This document shows, piece after piece, positions 57,250-64,000 of a stretch of 64,000 bases of DNA. The stretch is taken from NCBI GenBank assembly GCA_963828485.1, contig CAWHEV010000009.1:775318-839317 (forward strand). Reading direction: 5' to 3'. The notes under the pieces were generated by a model. It was not told where the DNA came from, searched no databases, and was given only the letters and a program-made list of their open reading frames with translations. The DNA comes from an uncultured Chloroflexia bacterium. GTDB lineage: Bacteria; Chloroflexota; Limnocylindria; QHBO01. Made by a program: the position numbers and the translations under genes. Position 1 is the first letter of the stretch. Every line of letters starts with the position of its first letter.

Positions 57250-58165
57250 ATGCGACGCGTCTTCCTGTGGATGGCCCGCAACCGCTGGCTTCGCGAGCAC
57301 GTGCCGAATTGGTGGTTCGCCAAGCGGGCCGTGCATCGCTTCATGCCGGGCGAGCGCCTCGATGACGCGCTGGCTGCCGCCGAGACCTTCGCGCCGGCCG
57401 GCATCACTGCCTTCTTCACGCGCCTCGGCGAGAACCTCACCGAGCTCGCCGAGGCAGACGCGATCGCCGCTCACTACCTCGACGCGCTCGAGCAGATCCG
57501 GTCCCGCGGGATGGACGGCGAGATCAGCGTGAAGCTCACCCAGCTCGGGCTCGATCTCGATCCCGAAGTCGCTCGGCGTCACGTCGCGGCCCTCGCCGGC
57601 CGCGCGCGCGAGCTTGGCCTGGGGACGGTCTGGATCGACATGGAGGGGAGCGAGTACACCGAGACGACCGTCGCCATGTACGAGGCGCTGAAGCGCGAGC
57701 ATGCGAACCTCGGGATCTGCCTCCAGGCCTACCTGCGGCGCACCGCCGCCGACATCACCCGGCTCCTGCCGCTCAACCCGTCGATCAGGATGGTGAAGGG
57801 CGCCTACGACGAGCCGGCGAGCCATCGCGTATCGCACGCGCTCGGAGGTGGACGCCAGCTTCGTGGCGCAGTCGATGGCTGTCCTGCAGGGAAGCGCCGG
57901 CATCCTCGGTCTCGGGACGCACGACGTGCGGCTCATCGAGCAGATCGGGTCGGCGGCGGATGCGGCCGGGATCGGTCGTGAGCGGTACGAGGTCGAGATG
58001 CTCTACGGCATCCGCGCCGACGAGCTCGCCCGCCTGGCGAAGGCCGGCTACCGGGCGCGCGTGCTGATCGCCTACGGCGAGTTCTGGTACCCGTGGTATC
58101 TGCGGCGCCTGGCCGAGCGGCCGGCGAACGTCACCTTCGTCCTCCGCCAGCTGCTGCCCTGGTAG
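57250..58165 (+). CDS. proline dehydrogenase (apparent frameshift)
   Basis: PRODH TIM-barrel blocks (ISVKLTQLG, MVKGAYDEPAS) in one frame; (VDASFVAQ..., LGTHD, EVEMLYGIR...LIAYGEFWYPWYLRRLAERPANV) in the next. The agccatcgcg stretch near 57823 carries one extra nt. Confidence 0.7.
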
Positions 58166-58182
58166 CCAAGCCTCCGCCCCGC

Positions 58183-59454
58183 GTGACAGCGCCCGTCGAT
58201 CGCTCCTACCGAGCCCTGTTCAGGGTCCCCACGATTCGGCGCGTGCTCGCCTCTATGCTCCTGGCGCGCACCGCACAGTCGATGGTGGCGGTCGCGCTCG
58301 TGCTGTTCACGCTCGACCGATTCGGCTCGCCCGCATTCGCCGGCCTCGTCACCTTCGCGAGCATCTTCCCGGGCCTGCTCATCAGCCCGATCGCGGGTGC
58401 CCTGCTCGACCGGCACGGACGCATCCGCCTCGTCGTCCTCGACTACGTCGTGGCCCTCGTCGCCCTGATCGTCATCGGCGTGCTGGCCATGCTCGACGCC
58501 CTTCCCGCCGCGCTGCTGGTCGTCATCGCCGTCGTCTCGTCACTGACGTCGATCCTCAGCCACGTCGGCCTCCGCTCGCTCTTCCCGATCCTGGTGCCCG
58601 AGCCGCTGTGGGAGCGTGTCAACGCCGTCGACTCGAACGGCTATGTCATCGCCACGATCGTCGGGCCGCCCCTGGCCGCGGCGCTCGTCGCCGTGCTCGG
58701 CGGTGCCGAGGCGCTGGTCGTCATCGGCCTCGCCTTCGGCCTGGCCGCTGCAGTGCTCTTCCGCGTGCCGGACCCGCCTGCGCCGATTGCCTCGACCGGC
58801 CGCCTGCTGGCCGATGCCCGCGACGGGATCGCCTACACGTGGCGGAATCGGACGCTGCGGGGCCTCGGCTTCTCCGTCACGTTCGGGAACCTGTCGCATG
58901 GGATGACCACGATCGTCCTGCCGCTCATCGTCCTGCAACGCTTCGACCAGGGTCCGGCGGTCGTCGGGCTCGTCTTCGCGGCGTCGGGCATTTCGGGGGT
59001 GGCGTCCGCGTTCCTCTTCGGCCGGATGGACACCCGCGGTCGAGAGTGGGCGCTGCTTGTCTGGCCGGCGGTCGGGCTCGTCCCGGTGGTTGGCCTGATG
59101 CTCGTCGCGGCCGGGGCGCCGGTTGCGATCGGCCTTGCGCTGCTGGTCGCCCACATGGTGCTCGTCGGCCTCCTGCTCGGGCCGCAGGACATCGCCCTGT
59201 TCACGGTTCGCCAGCGCCGGACCGAAACGGCCTGGGTCGGCCGCGCGTTCAGCGTGTCGATGGCCTTCAACTACCTGGGCATCCCGGTCGGCGCGGCCGC
59301 GGCTGGTGTCCTGGCGACGATCTCGATCGAGCTCGCCATCGTGGTGCTCGGGCTGGGTGGCACGATCGCTTCGGCGCTTGCCGCGGCGTTCATGGTCCCC
59401 CGCACCGAGCCGGAAGCGCGCACGAGCGGAGACGTCGCCAGCGCGGAGGGCTGA
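58183..59454 (+). CDS. MFS transporter
   Basis: Twelve predicted TM helices, duplicated six-TM organisation and a GRxxDRxGR-like motif (LLDRHGRIR). Confidence 0.7.
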   Translation: MTAPVDRSYRALFRVPTIRRVLASMLLARTAQSMVAVALVLFTLDRFGSPAFAGLVTFASIFPGLLISPIAGALLDRHGRIRLVVLDYVVALVALIVIGVLAMLDALPAALLVVIAVVSSLTSILSHVGLRSLFPILVPEPLWERVNAVDSNGYVIATIVGPPLAAALVAVLGGAEALVVIGLAFGLAAAVLFRVPDPPAPIASTGRLLADARDGIAYTWRNRTLRGLGFSVTFGNLSHGMTTIVLPLIVLQRFDQGPAVVGLVFAASGISGVASAFLFGRMDTRGREWALLVWPAVGLVPVVGLMLVAAGAPVAIGLALLVAHMVLVGLLLGPQDIALFTVRQRRTETAWVGRAFSVSMAFNYLGIPVGAAAAGVLATISIELAIVVLGLGGTIASALAAAFMVPRTEPEARTSGDVASAEG

Positions 59455-59456
59455 CC

Positions 59457-59771
59457 TCAGCCGACTCCGGCCACGCGAGCCAGGGCAGCGGCGAGGGCGG
59501 CGAGGAGGACGACCAGCAGCACCGGCGCGCGCAGGGCGAGGGCGGCCGCGGCCACGGCGACACCGATGAGGCGCGCGTCGACCACGAGCTGCTGGTCCGT
59601 GCTCAGGGTGGTGGTGGCGACGAGCGCGGCGAGGAGCGCCGGCGCCAGCAGCGCTACCACGGACTGCACCCGGTCCGGGAGCGGCCTGCCGCCCAGGAGG
59701 ACCGGCCCAGCCGACTTGATGATGACGGTGCCGGCCCCGACCGCCGCCACCACCAGCCATGCGTCGCTCAT
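59457..59771 (-). CDS. azlD: branched-chain amino acid exporter small subunit AzlD
   Basis: About 100-aa hydrophobic protein directly downstream of and overlapping azlC. Confidence 0.65.
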   Translation of the reverse strand: MSDAWLVVAAVGAGTVIIKSAGPVLLGGRPLPDRVQSVVALLAPALLAALVATTTLSTDQQLVVDARLIGVAVAAAALALRAPVLLVVLLAALAAALARVAGVG

Positions 59772-60442
59772 CGTCGCGCGAGGCCGATGAGTGCCGCCGC
59801 GGCCGCGGCGATGATCGGCACGCCGGGCGGCGTGAACGGGACGAGGAGCAGGGCGATGGCCGCTCCCAGCACCGCGGCCGCAACGGCCGCGCGCGACTTC
59901 AGCTGACCGACCAGGAGGGCCAGGAAGAGCGCCGGGAAGGCCGCGTCGAGGCCGAGCCTGGCCGGGTCGCCGAGCGCCTCGCCACCGATGGCACCCACGA
60001 TCGTGCCGCCCACCCAGCACAGCCACAGCACGATGCCGGCGCCGACCAGGCGGTGCTGGTCGAACCGCCCCTCGCCCCTCGACGCGATGGCCCACGACTC
60101 GTCGACGACCAGCTGGGCCTGGACGAACCTGCGCAGCGGACCGCCGCTGAGGTACGGCGCGACGCTCACGCCGATGGGCAGGTAGCGCGCGTTGAGGAGC
60201 AGCGCGGCGGCGATCGCGGCGATCGGCTGCCCTCCACTGCCCAGCACCGATGCGGCTGCGAACTGGGCGGAGCCCGCGAAGGTCGTCGCGCTCATCACCA
60301 CTGCGGGGAGCGCGCCCATTCCCCCCGACGTGGCCGAGAGCACCCCGAAGGAGACGCCGAAGAGCCCGACCGCGATGCCGAGCGGCACGGCCGTGACGGC
60401 GCCTCGGCGCAGCTCGAAGCGGATGGGGGCTTCGTCGACCAT
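59768..60442 (-). CDS. azlC: branched-chain amino acid exporter AzlC
   Basis: AzlC-family profile (PLGIAVGLFGVSFG...SAQFA...LNARYLP). Confidence 0.8.
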   Translation of the reverse strand: MVDEAPIRFELRRGAVTAVPLGIAVGLFGVSFGVLSATSGGMGALPAVVMSATTFAGSAQFAAASVLGSGGQPIAAIAAALLLNARYLPIGVSVAPYLSGGPLRRFVQAQLVVDESWAIASRGEGRFDQHRLVGAGIVLWLCWVGGTIVGAIGGEALGDPARLGLDAAFPALFLALLVGQLKSRAAVAAAVLGAAIALLLVPFTPPGVPIIAAAAAALIGLARR

Positions 60443-60531
60443 GAGCCGCCGATGCTACCGGGTCGAATGACGTAGGGCGCCGCGGGCCTTCGGCCGACGA
60501 CGCGGACGCTGCAGGCCGGCATCGTGGATCC

Positions 60532-61497
60532 ATGTCCACGACCAGCCCTGGCGCGGCCTCCGGCATCACGCGGGCGGATCTCGGCATCTTCGTACTGCTC
60601 GGGGCCGTGTGGGGCGGCGCGTTCCTCTTCATGCGGATCGCCGCGCCACAGGTCGGACCGGTCTGGGCAGCGGAGGTCCGCCTCGGCCTGGCGGCGCTGG
60701 TCCTGGTGGCCCTGTTCGGAAGGCGCACGTGGCCCGCGCTGCGTGGCAACCTCCTCGCTGTCCTCCTCGTTGGGGCCGCCTTCTCGGCCGTCCCGTTCAC
60801 CCTGATCGCGTTCGGCTCGGTCACGCTGCCCGCGGGTGTCGGGGCGCTGCTCAACGCCGCCACGCCGATCTTCACCGCCATCGTCTCGGCAGCCTGGATC
60901 GGCCAGCGCATCACGCTCCGATCGGTCATCGGGATGGCCATCGGCGTGGTCGCCGTCTTCGTGCTCGTCGGGTGGTCGCCGCTCCCTCCCGGACCGGAGA
61001 CGCTCGTCGCGGTCGCCGCCGTGCTCGGAGCAGCCGTCAGCTACGCCGTCGGGGGCACGTTCATTCGGAGGAGCCTGCATGGCATCGGCGGGATCGAGCT
61101 GGCGACCGGCCAGCTCACCGCCGGGGCCGTGATACTGCTGCCGATCGCGTTCCTGTCGGGACCGCCCGGCACGCCGGCCGGCGACGGGATCGCCGCCCTG
61201 GTCGCCGTCGCCCTCCTGTCGACGGCCCTGGCATGGCCGATGTACTTCCGGGTCCTGGCGCACACCACCCCGACCACGGCGAGCACGGTGACCTTCCTCG
61301 TCCCCGCCTTCGGGATGGTGTGGGGAGCGCTCGTGCTGGGCGAGCCGATCGGCCTCGGCATGGTTGCCGGCTTCGCACTGGTGGTGGTGAGCCTGGTGCT
61401 CGTCCTCGGCGTGCCGATCCCGCCGCTCGCCAGCGTCCGGGCGCGCGCAGCGAGCGCCATCGGGGCTGCCCGAGCCGCGCGGCCGTGGCCGGCGTAG
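60532..61497 (+). CDS. EamA/DMT-family transporter
   Basis: Ten TM helices with two EamA repeats. Confidence 0.75.
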   Translation: MSTTSPGAASGITRADLGIFVLLGAVWGGAFLFMRIAAPQVGPVWAAEVRLGLAALVLVALFGRRTWPALRGNLLAVLLVGAAFSAVPFTLIAFGSVTLPAGVGALLNAATPIFTAIVSAAWIGQRITLRSVIGMAIGVVAVFVLVGWSPLPPGPETLVAVAAVLGAAVSYAVGGTFIRRSLHGIGGIELATGQLTAGAVILLPIAFLSGPPGTPAGDGIAALVAVALLSTALAWPMYFRVLAHTTPTTASTVTFLVPAFGMVWGALVLGEPIGLGMVAGFALVVVSLVLVLGVPIPPLASVRARAASAIGAARAARPWPA

Positions 61498-61516
61498 CGG
61501 CGCGTATCATCGAACG

Positions 61517-62704
61517 ATGGCCATCGGCATGACGACACAGCGACAGCGGATGCGCGACAGCATCGCGCCGTTCCTCAGCTTCTTCAACGGTCCCTTCTCG
61601 CGCCTGAACCTCGAGCCCGACGTCGCGAACTTCGCGGTCGGCAATCCGCAGGAGATGCCTCTGCCGGCATATGTCGACGCTCTCCGCAGGCACATCGAGC
61701 CGCGCGACAAGGACTGGTTCGCCTACAAGATGTCCGAGCCGGAGTCGCGGCGGATCGTGGCCGACACGCTCACGCGACGGACCGGACTCGACTGGGACCC
61801 CGCCGACGTGGCGATGACGAACGGCGGCTTCGGCGCCCTGGCCGTCGCGCTCCGCACGCTCATCGAACCGGGCGACGAGGTGGTCTTCCTCTCGCCGCCG
61901 TGGTTCTTCTACGAGTTCCTCACGCTCGCCGCCGGCGGTGAGCCGGTGCGCGTCCGGCTGGAGCCTCCCGCCTTCGACCTCGATCTCGCCGGCATCGAGG
62001 CGGCCATCACTCCTCGCACGCGTGCCGTCATCGTCAACAGCCCTCACAACCCGAGCGGTCGCATCTACTCGGGCGACACGCTGCGCTCGCTGGCGGAGCT
62101 TCTGACCGATGCCTCCGAGCGCATCGGCCATCCGATCTGGATCATCAGCGACGAGCCGTACAACCGCATCGTGTTCGACGGGCTCACGTACGTATCGCCG
62201 TCGCAGCACTACGCGCACACCATCATCACGTACTCGTACGGGAAGACCCTGCTGGCGCCGGGCCAGCGCATCGGCTACCTCACCGTGCCGCCGACGCTGC
62301 CGGAGCGGGCCGAGCTGCGCGAGACGATCTTCATCGAGCAGGCGTCGACCGGGTACGCATGGCCGAATGCGCTGCTGCAGCACGCGCTGGGCGATCTCGA
62401 GTCGCTGTCGATCGACGTGGGTGCCATGCAGGCGCGGCGCGATCGGCTCGTTGCGGCCCTGCGTGGCCTCGGGTACGAGGCCTCGATGCCCGAGGGCACG
62501 TTCTACACCATGGCCCGATCGCCGATCCCCGATGACGTCGCCTTCGGCGACATCCTGGCGCGTCACCGCGTGCTCGTCCTGCCCGGAACGATCGTCGAGG
62601 TGCCCGGCTGGTTCCGGGTGAGCCTGACCGCCTCGGACCAGATGGTCACAGACGGGATCGATCGGTTCGCCGCGGCCATCGACGAGGCACGGGCGACCGC
62701 CTGA
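61517..62704 (+). CDS. PLP-dependent aminotransferase class I/II
   Basis: NSPHNPSG; Lys-PLP region YSYGKTLLAPGQRIGY. Confidence 0.75.
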   Translation: MAIGMTTQRQRMRDSIAPFLSFFNGPFSRLNLEPDVANFAVGNPQEMPLPAYVDALRRHIEPRDKDWFAYKMSEPESRRIVADTLTRRTGLDWDPADVAMTNGGFGALAVALRTLIEPGDEVVFLSPPWFFYEFLTLAAGGEPVRVRLEPPAFDLDLAGIEAAITPRTRAVIVNSPHNPSGRIYSGDTLRSLAELLTDASERIGHPIWIISDEPYNRIVFDGLTYVSPSQHYAHTIITYSYGKTLLAPGQRIGYLTVPPTLPERAELRETIFIEQASTGYAWPNALLQHALGDLESLSIDVGAMQARRDRLVAALRGLGYEASMPEGTFYTMARSPIPDDVAFGDILARHRVLVLPGTIVEVPGWFRVSLTASDQMVTDGIDRFAAAIDEARATA

Positions 62705-62722
62705 ATCTTCAGGCCCGCCGCG

Positions 62723-63064
62723 TTACGGAGCGACGCCGGCCTCCCCGGCCGCCACGACGATCAGCGTCAGCCCGCTCCGCTCGAGCACCCGAACCCGGTC
62801 GCCGACGTCCGCACCCGACTCGCACCGCGCTCGCCAGTACTCGCCGCGCACGCGCACCCGGCCGAGGGGCCGGCATGGCTCGACGATCTCCCCGAAGGTG
62901 TCGATGAGGGCCTCCGGCCCGACCTTCGGGCGGGCGCGGCGCGAGATCCGGATGGAGACGGCCGTCTCCACGAACTCGACCGCCGCCCCGAGCAGGATCA
63001 CGGGCAGGCGCCAGCCCTCGGGGACGACGAACGCCGCCAGCAGGATCGAGATCGTGAGGAACAC
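62723..63064 (-). CDS. NfeD-family short membrane protein (OB-fold C-terminal domain)
   Basis: Two N-terminal TM helices and an OB-fold tail (GRVRVRGEYWRARCESG...RVRVLER). Confidence 0.55.
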   Translation of the reverse strand: MFLTISILLAAFVVPEGWRLPVILLGAAVEFVETAVSIRISRRARPKVGPEALIDTFGEIVEPCRPLGRVRVRGEYWRARCESGADVGDRVRVLERSGLTLIVVAAGEAGVAP

Positions 63065-63156
63065 CTAGCGCGTGAGCCGAGCCGGCGCGTGGATGGACAT
63101 CCGGGCCAATTGCCGATTCCTGCCGATTTCTCGATACCACGCTATTCTGCGGCGCT

Positions 63157-63852
63157 GTGCGACTGCTCATCGTCGAGGACGAGCTCGACCTCGCCAACGC
63201 TCTTGCCACCGGGTTGCGCCGCGAAGGCTATGCGATCGACACCGCCACGAACGCCGCCGAGGCGCGCGAGCGCCTCGAGGACGCTCCGTACGACGTCGTG
63301 TGCCTGGACCTCGGCCTGCCCGACGCCGACGGTCGCGAAATCTGCCGCAAGCTGCGCGCCGGCGAGCTGGGGCTGCCGGGCGCCACGCCCCCGCGCGTCC
63401 TGATGCTGACCGCGCGGGACGGCCTCGACGATCGGGTGGGTGGCCTGGACGACGGAGCCGACGACTACCTTGTCAAGCCGTTCAGCTTCGCGGAGCTCGC
63501 GGCACGCGTTCGAGCCCTTGCTCGCCGACCGACGTTCAACGGTGGGGCGACGATCCGACTGGGGAGCCTCGAGCTCGACGCGGCGCGGCACGAGGCACGC
63601 CGCAACGAGCATCGCCTCGACCTGACCCCCAAGGAGTTCGCGCTCCTCCGATACTTCATGCTCCATCCGAGCGAGGTCCTGACTCCGGAGCGCCTGCTCG
63701 AGCACGTGTGGGACGATCGCGCCGACCCCTTCACCAACACGGTCCGCGTCGCGATCAGCACCCTTCGCCGCAAGCTTGCCGAGGCAGGCTCCGGCCAGCC
63801 CATCGAGACCGTCGTCGGGGTGGGATACCGTCTTGCGGAGGGTGTCGGATGA
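63157..63852 (+). CDS. OmpR-family response regulator
   Basis: REC domain (LLIVEDE, VVCLDLGLPDADG, KPF) plus winged helix (TPKEFALLRYF). Confidence 0.85.
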   Translation: MRLLIVEDELDLANALATGLRREGYAIDTATNAAEARERLEDAPYDVVCLDLGLPDADGREICRKLRAGELGLPGATPPRVLMLTARDGLDDRVGGLDDGADDYLVKPFSFAELAARVRALARRPTFNGGATIRLGSLELDAARHEARRNEHRLDLTPKEFALLRYFMLHPSEVLTPERLLEHVWDDRADPFTNTVRVAISTLRRKLAEAGSGQPIETVVGVGYRLAEGVG

Positions 63853-64000
63853 GCCGGTCCCCACTCCGGCGCATCGGCGCGCTCGTCCGATCGGTCCGCT
63901 TCCGGCTCGCGATGCTCGTGACCACGGCCCTGATCGTGACGGCCGGCGTGCTCGTGGTCGGCATGAACCTGGCCCTTGACACGGTGGCCGCCACGATTCC
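63849..64000 (+). CDS. sensor histidine kinase, N-terminal fragment (runs off window)
   Basis: 4-nt overlap with the regulator gene. N-terminal TM helix LAMLVTTALIVTAGVLVVGM. Confidence 0.5.
   Translation, partial: MSRSPLRRIGALVRSVRFRLAMLVTTALIVTAGVLVVGMNLALDTVAATI

Noticed and set aside
1-64000. Search for CRISPR arrays, tRNA or rRNA genes, integrases, transposases and IS inverted repeats
   Set aside because: No regularly spaced direct repeats, no recognisable cloverleaf or rRNA-conserved blocks, and no recombinase- or transposase-like ORFs were seen. The window looks like core chromosome.

Overview
This is a 64 kb, very GC-rich, gene-dense chromosomal segment (third codon positions are almost all G/C) from a Gram-positive-like bacterium. 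It shows lipoprotein signal peptides, Pro/Thr-rich linkers, a PIG-L deacetylase, a WYL regulator and an lmo0937-type small membrane protein. Unusually for that background, it also carries a complete System I cytochrome c maturation operon. Most of the window is housekeeping and transport. Called genes include an NHEJ module (Ku plus a ligase-like protein), a CYTH/WYL regulator pair, a Ca2+/H+ antiporter, a 1124-aa HTH-GAF-GGDEF-HD-GYP signalling protein, a TPP riboswitch controlling thiamine pyrophosphokinase plus a ykoEDC-like ECF transporter, Bcp peroxiredoxin, modABC, ccmABCDEFGHI, pstSCAB-phoU-phoPR, pit plus a DUF47 gene, proline dehydrogenase, azlCD, and several transporters and aminotransferases. 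Four regions stand out. (1) A tightly coupled operon encodes a GltD-like NAD(P)H/FAD/Fe-S flavoprotein followed by split cytochrome b6/subunit IV, a Rieske protein, a dihaem cytochrome c and two small membrane proteins. This is a candidate NAD(P)H-linked Rieske/cyt b complex. (2) A ligase-D-like protein next to ku has all three catalytic motif lysines replaced. (3) An ECF sigma factor is co-transcribed with an anti-sigma-like membrane protein carrying an extracytoplasmic Rieske [2Fe-2S] domain. (4) CcmG has a CXXXC rather than CXXC active site. Caveat: at least 11 single-nucleotide frameshifts interrupt otherwise well-conserved genes, often inside diagnostic motifs. Four fall in one penicillin-binding protein gene. 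They are either assembly indel errors or genuine pseudogenes, so gene calls had to be stitched across frames. No CRISPR arrays, rRNA or tRNA genes, or clear mobile elements were seen.
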